Assembly: GCA_051867285.1 (NCBI GenBank) | Contig: JBJDYL010000097.1 | Coordinates: forward strand, 740-64,739 | Direction: 5' to 3' | DNA: 64,000 nucleotides | Source: Faecousia sp. | GTDB lineage: Bacteria; Bacillota; Clostridia; Oscillospirales; Oscillospiraceae | Shown here: positions 29,967-40,100 of the stretch, piece after piece | Layout of the letters: each line of letters begins with the position of its first letter | Numbering within the stretch: position 1 is the stretch's first letter | Made by a program: the position numbers and the translations under genes | The notes under the pieces: generated by a model | The model's input: only the letters and a program-made list of their open reading frames with translations | Told to the model about the DNA's origin: nothing | Database searches by the model: none

Positions 29967-30866
29967 TTAGTTGGCGGGAACCACACCGGCTGCCACGATG
30001 ACTTCGTTGGCCTCGGTGGAGGTTGCATAGTCAAAGAAGGCCTGAGCCGCTTCGCCCAGCTGGACGCCTTCCTTGGTGACCAGCACGAAGGGACGCTGGA
30101 TGGCGTAGGTGCCGTCCTTGACGGTTGCCTCACTGGGGGTCACGCCTGCGACCTTGACCGCCTTCACGGTGTCCTTAACGGAGGCCAGGGAAGCGTAGCC
30201 GATGGCGCCGGGGTTCTGGGCAACGGTGGTAATCACATCACCGGTGGAGCTCAGCTCCTGACGGTACTGACACAGATCCACCACTCCAACGATTTCCTCA
30301 AAGCCGCCCCGGGTGCCGGAACCGGCTTCCCGTCCGATGAGGACGATTTCACCGTCGGTGCCGCCCACCTCAGACCAGTTGGTGATCTTGCCGGTGTAAA
30401 TGTCAGCGATCTGCTCCAGGGTCAGATCCTCCACGGTGTTTTCAGGATTGACGATGATGGCGATGCCGTCATAGGAGAGGATGGTCTCCTGCAGGCCGGA
30501 GGATTTCTCCTCGTCCTTCAGAGCACGGGAGCTAAGGCCGATGTCACAGCGGCCTTCCTGCACCGCCTTAATGCCGGTGCCGGAGCCGGTGGGGTTGTAA
30601 GTAAACGTAACGTCACTGTTGGCCTCCATGAAAGCTTCGCCCAGAGCGCCGATCACCTTCTCCATGGAAGTGGAGCCGTCGGTGGAAACGGTGCCGGAGA
30701 GCTTAGCGGGAGCAGCGGGTGCCGCGGGTGCTTCCGTTGCGGCGGGAGCCGCAGAGGCTGCAGGGGCAGCGGTAGCAGCAGTTTCGGCAGGTTTCTGACC
30801 GCAGGCGGCCAAACTCAGTGCCATGACCAGGCACAGCAAGGTACAAATAACTCGTTTCATTTTCAT
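29967..30866 (-). CDS. pstS: Phosphate-binding lipoprotein
   Basis: LAAC lipobox, DGSTSM, GSGTG, REAGSGTR. Confidence 0.95.
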   Translation of the reverse strand: MKMKRVICTLLCLVMALSLAACGQKPAETAATAAPAASAAPAATEAPAAPAAPAKLSGTVSTDGSTSMEKVIGALGEAFMEANSDVTFTYNPTGSGTGIKAVQEGRCDIGLSSRALKDEEKSSGLQETILSYDGIAIIVNPENTVEDLTLEQIADIYTGKITNWSEVGGTDGEIVLIGREAGSGTRGGFEEIVGVVDLCQYRQELSSTGDVITTVAQNPGAIGYASLASVKDTVKAVKVAGVTPSEATVKDGTYAIQRPFVLVTKEGVQLGEAAQAFFDYATSTEANEVIVAAGVVPAN

Positions 30867-30912
30867 TATCTCCTTTGGATTTATGTTTGGGACTTGCATC
30901 CTTTACGCCCTC

Positions 30913-30967
30913 ATCATACGCCCCGTATGTAAAATCCGAAAGGCAGGATATGTAAAATGTCTGTCAA
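30913..30967 (-). promoter_or_regulatory. pstS promoter with Pho boxes
   Basis: -10 TATGAT (30913-30918); TTTACA/TTTACA/TTGACA at 30928, 30951, 30962, the same geometry as the pstC promoter. Confidence 0.75.
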
Positions 30968-32130
30968 ACTTTCCGGCTGTCAATGGTGTCCAATGATTCA
31001 TGCGGATGCCGGCCGGTCAGCAGCAGTCCGCTGGTAATGGCTGTCAGGGGTGCCACTGTTACCAGGCCGAAGGAGCCGACAATGGTGTGGACGATTTCCG
31101 CCGCCACATATTTGTAATTGAGCATCAGCGCCACCGGCGTACCCTGTGCCATGAAAACCATCAGCAGAGCAATGTAGCTGCCAGAATAGGCCAGCAGCAG
31201 CGTGGTGGTAGTAGACCCGCAGGCCGCCCGTCCCACGGCGAAGCCGGAGGCGATGGCCTCTCTTGCCCGGATGTCTGGCTTCTTCTCCACCACCTCGCAG
31301 ACAGCGGAGCAGATATCTACGGACAAATCCATCACCGCCCCGGAGGAGCCGAGGAAAATGGAAGCCACGAAGATTTTCGTCAGATTCAAGTGCTGATACC
31401 CGGCGTACAGCAGGCTTTCGCTGGACTCCATCACCGCCCCGTGAATCTGAAACAGGCCGGTAAAGAAATACCCCAGCACCGCGGTCACCAGAATTCCCAG
31501 CGCCGCACCGGAGGTGGCCGCCAGGCACCGGCGATCCCAGCCATAAATCAGGCTCAGTACCAGAAAGGTCAGCAGCAGCACCAGCCCCATGGACACCCAG
31601 ATGGGGTTCCAGCCCTTCAGCAGACTGGGAATGAGTACCTTCCACAATAGCAGAACCGTATCCACAAAGGACAGAATCGCCCGCAGTCCCGTGCCTCTGG
31701 CAAACAGCAGAAGCAGCAGCAGAAACAGCCCCGCGAGAATTGCTTCCTTATCCAACCGGAAATGGTCGGTCATATACACCGTGGTGATTTTGCCGCCGGA
31801 ATGGCTGACCACCACAAAGGCCCGGTCTCCCGGGGAAAAGAGCTTGTCCTCCGCCAGGGAACCATTGAGCCGGTTGACGGCGGTGCATTCCGTATCCTTG
31901 AACTGCCCAGCCAGAATCCGCACCTGACACCGCTGTTCCCCGCTGCGCACCAGTCCGGTGTCCACAATATCGCTTTCATCTGTGGCAAGCACCAGCGCAT
32001 CCACCCGGTCGGCGTTTTTGTAGGACAGGGCGCTTTCATAGCCCGTAGGCAGCACCAGCAGCACCGCCAGCAGGCACAGCCACAGCACCACCGGCCCAAG
32101 GGTTTTACTTGTTTTCAATCTGCGAATCAT
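30964..32130 (-). CDS. YibE/F family membrane protein
   Basis: Multi-TM, GAVMDLSV, TTLLLAYSG, GLVTVAPLT. Confidence 0.88.
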   Translation of the reverse strand: MIRRLKTSKTLGPVVLWLCLLAVLLVLPTGYESALSYKNADRVDALVLATDESDIVDTGLVRSGEQRCQVRILAGQFKDTECTAVNRLNGSLAEDKLFSPGDRAFVVVSHSGGKITTVYMTDHFRLDKEAILAGLFLLLLLLFARGTGLRAILSFVDTVLLLWKVLIPSLLKGWNPIWVSMGLVLLLTFLVLSLIYGWDRRCLAATSGAALGILVTAVLGYFFTGLFQIHGAVMESSESLLYAGYQHLNLTKIFVASIFLGSSGAVMDLSVDICSAVCEVVEKKPDIRAREAIASGFAVGRAACGSTTTTLLLAYSGSYIALLMVFMAQGTPVALMLNYKYVAAEIVHTIVGSFGLVTVAPLTAITSGLLLTGRHPHESLDTIDSRKV

Positions 32131-32201
32131 TTAGTTTCCTCTCCGTATGCGCAATACAGGGAGCGTGTTGCACCGCTCCCTGTATCCCTTAGATCAATCG
32201 G

Positions 32202-33779
32202 TTACTTTATTTCCAGCATAGCTGCCAGCTTGTTGTAGATATCGGTGTTGTCGTAGTAGCCGCCAAAATTCTCAGCGCCGGTACCATCGGCAAAGACTGC
32301 AACCGGCAGTCCCGTGTGGGAGTAGCTGGTGAAATCCACGCCTGCCTTGTTGTTCAGGATATGGGTCACGGTGACGGAGAAGGGATTGTAGGTGCCGTAG
32401 AGCACGTACTGTTCCTGGGTGAAATCACCAGCATCGTAGTCGCTCATGATCAGGTCGTAGGCTGTGCGCAGGCGCTGGGTCTCATACTCGGTCAGCACCA
32501 GCCGGTCGTTTTCCTCGCCGGTGAGCTTCAGGCCGAACAGGGCTTCCACATCCTTCATGGCATCTTCAAAGGAGGTGCCGTTCTCCTTGTAGTGGCTGAC
32601 ATACTGCTCGTCGAACTGTGCGTAGGAAATGGTCTGATTGGCCAGGGTATCCAGATAGGTATCGTAGTCCGTTCCGGCGAAGCCGATGGTCAGACCGCCG
32701 GTTTCATGGTCGCCGGTGACCAGAATCAGGGTTTCGGCGGGGTGCTCCTTGGCGAAATCCACGGCAACCTGCACAGCATCTGCCAGGGCAAGGGTATCGG
32801 TGACGGTGGCGCCGGCATCGTTCGCGTGGCAGGCCCAGTCGATCTTGCCGCCCTCGCACATCATGAAGAAGCCGGTATCGTTGTCCAGAACCTCGATGCC
32901 CTTGGCAACGTAATCCGCCAGCGCCCATTCACCGCTTTCCCGGTCCATATCGTAATCCATGGAGTCGGAGTCTGCCAGATGCTCGTCAATCAGGATGACC
33001 TTTCCGTCAGCGGCGGTGACAGCCTGGGCATCCGCCTGGGTGTAGGTGACCTTATAACCGGCAGCTTCCGCCAGATCGTACAGGCTGGTCTTGTCCTTGT
33101 CGTTGCCGGTAATCTTCTTCAGTCCACCGCCGGCAAAGTATTCAAAACCGGACTCTACCATTTCCACGCCGATCTCATAGTAGTTGTTGCGGCTTGCCTG
33201 GTGGGCATAGAAAGCGGCAGGGGTGGCATGGTTCAGGTTCACGGAGCTGATGACGCCTACCTTCCAGCCCTTCTGGGCGTGGAGCTTTTCCGCGATGGTC
33301 TCATAGGGGGTGGAGCCGCTTTCGTCCACATTGATCATACCGGAGTAGGTCTTTTTACCGGTGGCAATGGAGGTTGCGGTGGAGGCGGAGTCCGGGGCAA
33401 AGCTGCAGGAATCGTAGGTCACGGCAGAACCGGCAACCGCAAAGTCCATAAAGCTCAGCTTCACAGGGCCATCCAGCACTGCGCCTTCGCGGGTGTCATA
33501 ATCGGTGCTGGGCAGAGCTTTTTCGTAGTCGTCGTCTGCAATGGCTCCCAGATAATCGGCAGCAGCCTGGAACTGGGGATAGCTCATGCCGTCGCCGATG
33601 AACAGGAATACGTACTTGGGTGTTGCAGGAATTTCTTCCGCCGCCACGGTCTCAACAACCTCCGGGGCAGGCGCAGCAGGCTGTGCGGTGGTCTCCGGTA
33701 CCTGCTGCTGCGCGCCGCATCCGGCGAACATGGTCAGCACCATGCACAGGGCAAGCAGGCCTGTAATCATTCTCTTCAT
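32202..33779 (-). CDS. phoA: Alkaline phosphatase (lipoprotein)
   Basis: FLFIGDGM, PDSASTATS, HATPAAF, EGGKIDWACHAND, TGDHETGG; lipobox FAGC. Confidence 0.93.
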   Translation of the reverse strand: MKRMITGLLALCMVLTMFAGCGAQQQVPETTAQPAAPAPEVVETVAAEEIPATPKYVFLFIGDGMSYPQFQAAADYLGAIADDDYEKALPSTDYDTREGAVLDGPVKLSFMDFAVAGSAVTYDSCSFAPDSASTATSIATGKKTYSGMINVDESGSTPYETIAEKLHAQKGWKVGVISSVNLNHATPAAFYAHQASRNNYYEIGVEMVESGFEYFAGGGLKKITGNDKDKTSLYDLAEAAGYKVTYTQADAQAVTAADGKVILIDEHLADSDSMDYDMDRESGEWALADYVAKGIEVLDNDTGFFMMCEGGKIDWACHANDAGATVTDTLALADAVQVAVDFAKEHPAETLILVTGDHETGGLTIGFAGTDYDTYLDTLANQTISYAQFDEQYVSHYKENGTSFEDAMKDVEALFGLKLTGEENDRLVLTEYETQRLRTAYDLIMSDYDAGDFTQEQYVLYGTYNPFSVTVTHILNNKAGVDFTSYSHTGLPVAVFADGTGAENFGGYYDNTDIYNKLAAMLEIK

Positions 33780-33827
33780 TTTGGATTTCCTCCATATTTT
33801 TTAGGTTTTGTGTTATCCACGGGGTTA

Positions 33828-33893
33828 AGTATACCCTCCGGATGTAAAATACAAAACCGACAATCGGTAAAACCTTTTTGAAACCTGCGTAAA
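33828..33893 (-). promoter_or_regulatory. phoA promoter with Pho boxes
   Basis: -10 TATACT (33828-33833); plus-strand TGTAAA 33843, GGTAAA 33866, TTTGAA 33877, CGTAAA 33888. Confidence 0.7.
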
Positions 33894-34158
33894 GTATGTA
33901 TTGGAAATTTTACATTCCAACCGTTACCGCGAGAATGCCGGCACTGGAATTTCCTGCACCATTTTTGTGTGCGGACTGTGATTCCAAAGGGATAACTCTT
34001 TTTGTTATGAAACAGCCGTGTACAAATAGATTCTTTTTCAAAAATTGCGAGATACCGGGAAAACGGCAAATCGGCCAACTCCTTTCGGAGCTGGCCGATT
34101 TTTACCGGATACGATTGGGGTGTGTTTTCAAAGCCGCTAAGTGCAGTCCTTTATTGGG

Positions 34159-37100
34159 TCATTTGATCTGCAGCTTCAGCGTAGCCGTTGCGTTGGGTTT
34201 GTCCGAGTAATTACCCTCCATGAAAACATTCAGAGCAATACTGTAGGTCTTTGCGGCAGGTTTCGTGACGCCGTCCTTGAAACCGATGGTGAATTCTCCG
34301 CCGCCCAGGTTGTGGATTTCGTACAACGCAGCCAGCTTCTGATCCTTGATCTCCACTTTTTCAATCGGATTCAGGGTCTGATCTGTCACGGTGAACTGGA
34401 AAATGCTGCGGTCGCCGGGAATGTCCTTATACAGCACGACGGTATCGGCAAGCTTGACGGAAGCCGTGCCGGACTTTACCGTGAGCGCGACATAAGCGCT
34501 CTTGCTGTTTTCCTCAATCTCGGAGAAGGACATCACAGCCCGGTATTTCAGCGTAATATCCAGCTCTGCGCCGGGCCACTTGGCGATGGTGTAGGTGCCG
34601 TCTTCATTGTGCGTGATGTCGAACAGGCTCGTCACATCGTCCTCGTAGACCTTGCCATCCTTGCTGCTGTAAATAGTGATGGTCTCGCCAATGTAGGACT
34701 CTCCGGCATAGTTCTTGTAGGCGGGCGTGATGACCACGGAAGTGCCGTCCCGAACCACGTCGATGGTTCCCTTGGCTTTCAGAGAAGCGGTCACAGTGGA
34801 GTTTTTCTCAGTAAGGATTTTGACCGTCAGCGTTACGGGAGAATCCAACTCGGTTGCCTTGACCTGAACCTTATAGGTTGCGCCGGGAACCGTATCCTCA
34901 TTTGTTCCGACGTACAGCATACCGCCGGGCAGGTATCTTACATCCAAGTTATCGTCTCCGGTAATTACCAGATCATCGAGGTCGTAACCGGCAGTCAGGC
35001 AAGTCACGTCCACGGTTGCCCAATCCTCAATCACCTTATTCAGGCTCAGGCTGGTCTTGGACAGCTTCAGCTTGATTGCCGTGCGCTTCACGGGAATCTT
35101 TACGGTGCAGCTATATTCGCTGCCGTCACTCAGAGAGAAGGTCATGGTCAGCTGGTAGGTGCTGCCCACTGCCAGATTGTCCATATCCGTTGCCCAGACC
35201 CGGTACTGACCGTCCACATAGTCAAAGCCAAAGGAATCTGTCACGTCGACAGGTGCATTTTTGCCCTGGGAAGCGGTGACGGAGTAGCCTTCCAGCGTGC
35301 ACAATCCGCTGGCGTAGTTTTTGAAGGTGGCCGTTACCACAGCGTAGGAATCCGGGAAGGACAGGTCAATAGAACCGGTGACCTTGGCAGACAGGGTAAC
35401 CGTGCTCTTATTCTCTGCCAGTGTCTTTACCGTAATCAGGGTTTCCTTTGCGGTATCCGCAGTGGAAACATACAGCTTGTAGGTTGCGCCGGGCAGGGTA
35501 TTATCGTTGGTATCGATGAAAATGACACCATCCTGATAGCCGAGATCCAGTGCACCCTCAGCATCCAGATTCTTGCTGTCCAGAAGTCTGAAATCAACAT
35601 CGTCCGCAGCATAATCTGCCGGGGAAGCGGTGAGGGCAATGCTCGCGCTGTCGCCCACCACGCTGTTCAGGGTGACGGTGGAAGGCTTGACGGAGATCGT
35701 AACAGACTTCACACTGACAGTAACGGTAAGCGCAAGTACCTTGTCCGTATCGTAGAAGGAAACGTTCAGCGTCTTTTTGCCGGATGTGACATTCCCTGTG
35801 GGAATCAGGGTGAAGCTGCCATCAGCCAGGTCAAAATCCTGAACGGCGAGGTTGTCGTCGAGCACCGTAATATCCCGCACATTCAACGCTTCCAGCGTGT
35901 CCGTCTTGCTGGTGCACAGCAGCTTCAGCGTAACACCCCGGCTGTTGGCATTGGCAAAGGTCGCGGAGGAAGCAGACAGCTTCAGGCCGGGAGCCTTATA
36001 GGTAAGCTTCACAGACACCGTCACCGCGGTGGGAATCGCCCATTCCTCGGTTTCCACCAGCAGGGTCACGCTGCCGGAAGTCGACTTTTCGGGAGCGTTC
36101 TCATTGAGCGCCAGAACGCCTTCCGACTGTTCCTCAAGCCATACCGGCAGGGCTGTTGCTTCCATACCGGTAACCGTTGCGCCGGTGATGATGACGGGCT
36201 GGCTCTGACCGGTGTAGAAGGAGTTGAAGGTCAGCGCGGCAGCCTTCAGCTTGGGCATCGTTTTCTTTACGGTGAGCTTCAGTACGGTTTCCGTGGTCAG
36301 CGGGTTAGACGCCCCCACGATGGTGACCATCACCTTGCTGGAATAGGTACCGGAGACGGCCTTACCGTTATCCGCAAGCGCCTTGGCAGTGGGCTTCACC
36401 AGCAGGGTCCGGTCGTTCTTTACCTCCAGATCGAACAACTCGGCAACCGCAGAATCTGCGAAGGAGGCTTCCAGAATGGATGCGCCGGAGGCGGTTCCAT
36501 CTGCCTTCCGGAAGATAACGTCGAACTCTGCGTAATCCGTGCGGAACAGCTCCGTGGTCAGAGCAGTGGTGCCAAGCTGAACACCGGTGATTTCGCTTGC
36601 AGAAGTAACGTCAATTCTGCACCGGGCGGCATAGGTCTCGCCGCAAATGGTGACGGAGGCGATAACATAAGTGCTGCCAACCTTGTTGGCGGTTGCGATG
36701 CCGTTTTCCATGGTGACGATGTCCGTGTTATCCACAGTCCACACAACATCCTCCGGACGCAGGAAATCGTAGGCAAGCGTCAGCGCCAGCTCCGCAGTTT
36801 CCCCTTCCTTAAGTGCCAGGTAATCCTTAACGAATGCAATGGGGGCAGACAGTTCCGTAATGCACAGGGCGTATTGGCCCACAGTCTGTTCATCCTGCTC
36901 CGTGTACAGAGCGGATTCCACCAGGTAGATCTGGCCGCCTTCCAGCTCCAGGGCCACTTCCTTCTGGTCGCCGCCCAGCGTGACCGCCTGTATGAACTCA
37001 GCGTCCGCAATGGTACCGCCCGTGTAGATCCAGATCTTAAGAATCTGATCCGTATCCGCTTTCAGCACATAGGTGCCGGTTTCTTCCGGAGTAAAGCTAT

Positions 37101-40100
37101 CCAGAGAGAACTCCAGCTCATTGCGCTGGCGGATCGGCTGGGTTTCGCCCAGTGTCAGTTGGCCAATGGATTTGATCACCAGCGTCCGCTCGTCGCTGAA
37201 ACCCGTTTCGGTGTCTGTCACAGTCAGTGTGGTCGTACCCGCCTTACGCAGAGCCACATGGCAGTCATCCCCCATGGGGTCGAAATCCTCGATCATTTCC
37301 AAATACGCAGGATCATACTCCCATTCCAGCTTCCCATGGCTGCCGTTAATGGGATCCATGTAGACGCAAGGCCACAGATGCTGACCGACATAGACATAGG
37401 CGGTATCCACTGTGCCCAGGCGCAGCCCGTTGGCTTTCGTCATTGCTTCCAGATGCAGTCTCATGTTAACGACACTGATGCTCTCGATATAGTGAATGAC
37501 ATGGATGTAGTAGGTCCGTCCTGCCTCTGCATTGATGACCAACCGGGCGTCGCTGGAACTACCCAGCCAATTTGCGTCTGCGTCGCACAGCTCGATGTAA
37601 GTTCTCTGCTGGTATTCATCCCAGAAGACATACGTTCCGCTTTCCGCAGGCGTGAACACAAATCCGGCTGTCTCTCCGGACGCCAGAGAGATATCCTTGA
37701 CCTCGCCGACACGGAGTTCCACGGGGGCCTTTACGGTAACAGTACACTTCGCCTCCAGCGTGCCGACGGTGGCCGTCACCGTCGCGGTGCCCTCGCCCAC
37801 CAGAAGAACCTCGGCCCGGGCAGAGTAGCTGTTGCGGATCCGGATGACACTCTCGTCGTCAACCTGCCACTGCAGGTCCTGACGATAGCCATTCTCCGGG
37901 GTGAAGAGGGTATCAATCCACAAAACATCGCCGATAAATCCGGAGAAATTCTCCTCGCTCAGCTGGATGGAAACCACATCCTCGCACTTTTCCAGACAGA
38001 ATTCGCTTTCGTGATCATCGTTAATATTGCGGGGGATGATCAGATAGGACTTGCCCGCTTCGGCGTCAAACTGGACAAAATTGCTGACGAAATCGATATG
38101 GTCGCCGAATTCCTCGCAGACCGGAATATCGCTCCAGGCATAGTTCTTGTCCCAGAACAGGTAGGTACCACTCTCCGTGGGGGTGAAGCGGTAGCCGATG
38201 CGGTCGCCGTACGTCAGCTGCACCGTGCGGTCAAAGCCCAGTGCGATATCCTCCGGCTTCTGGACATGGAAGGTGCAGGAGGTGCTGACCTCGCCGGAAG
38301 CAGCAGTAATCGTCACATCGCCTTCGCCCCGGAACACCAGCTCGCAGCCGTATTCATGGGTGTATTCAAATTCCACGATGCCCGCGGGCTCTGCCGTCCA
38401 CTGGATGTCTTCCCGCAGGGCGTAGTAAGGCTGACTGTTCAGATCTATATAGAACCGCTCGCCGACATAGGCGTTGACAGTCTCGGGAACTCTGCCGGGA
38501 TCCAAATCCAGGAAATGCAGGTCAAGTTCCTGAACCGGTTCGCTCAGCTGAACGTGAACCGTGGCCTCCACCGGATGATCGTTGGTGTTAACGACGCTGA
38601 TGAGATAGGTTTCACCCTCGGTAAAGTCAAAGTGCATCAGGTTGCTGCCCTCGGTGACCTCCTTGCTTACAGGGTCGGTGATCATCAGGGAAATCCATTC
38701 CTCGGACTCGACCCAGACGGTGTATGTACCGCTTACAGTGGGTGTGAAGCTGTAGGACTGCACCCACTTTGCGGGGAAGGTAGCGGTGATACCGTCGGTG
38801 GTAATGGCATCCGGTACGGTAGCGGTGTAGGTGCAGGTGGAGGTGAGACGGCCGTCTGCCGTGGAGGCGGTCAGGGTGAATTCGCCCTCTTTCAGCACCT
38901 CAAAGTACACGAAGCCGTAGTTGCTCTGGATAATCTGAGCGCTGCCCTCGGGGTAGACGCTCCAAATGATCTCCTCGGGAATGGAGTTGATGGGGTCATA
39001 ATTCAGGGGCCGGTCAAGGATGTCGCCCACGCAGACCGACTCCGACTCAAAGGCCGGGTAAATGCGCTCTGCCCGAACGCTCTTCTCCACGCGGAAGGTG
39101 TAATCCTGCGTCTCGTCGGAGGTGTTCAGGACCTTGAACATGTAAGTTTGACCCGCTTCGGCATTCAAGGGAACGGCGAAGTCCTGCTCAATATAGCCCT
39201 CGGGGTCGAGGAGGCAGACACGGTAGGGTGCATCGCTTTCGTTCCACAGGGTGTAGGGGCCGCTTTCGCTGGCAGTGAAGCGGAAGCCCCTTTCCTCCCA
39301 GGGCTGCAGGGAGAAGTCCACAGCTTCGCCCTCGTAGATGTCCGTCACATCCAGTACATGAATGGTGAAGCTGGTGCTTACGCCTTCCACGCGATTATGG
39401 GTAGCGGTAATGGTGGCAGTGCCCGGCTCCTTCAGCAGGACACAGCAGCCATCCATGCTGCTCTCCACAACTTCCACGGAAGTGGGGTTATCGCATTCCC
39501 ATGTGATCTGTCCCCGGGAAGCGTTTCCAGGGGTGAAGTCCAGCATCAGCCAGATGCTCTCACCGCTGTAGGCATACAGTTCCTCCGCATAACGGGGAGA
39601 AATTCCTGTCGCCGGCACAAGGTTATCCAGATGGAACACCGCCTGGTAGGTGTCGTCCGAATTGGCCCAGAGTTTAATGAGATACGTCTGATTCGCCTGT
39701 GCGTCGAACTGAACAAATCCGCCGCCGTTGACACCGGTCCGCTCACCATCCTGGTCATATACTTCAATCCAGGCCCGGTCGCTGCCATCCTCCCAGACGA
39801 TGTAGCCATTGTCCTCAGGCGCGGTGAACTGATACACCACAGGATCCCAGCCCTGCATGGACAGTTCCTTCGTTTCGCCAAGCGCCCAGGTTTCGGTTTC
39901 CATGACGGTGATGGTGCAGGAGGCAGTCAGCGTCGAACCCTCCTGCGTGGACTTAGCAGTCAGGGTAATCTCACCAGCCTGCGTCAGCAGCAAATTGGTA
40001 CCAACTCTCCAGGAGTCAGCCAGCGTCGCTCCGCCGTCGCCCTCCATGGTATACTCCATGTCCTCAAACAGGCCGTTGGCCGGTTCATAATACAGCTTTG

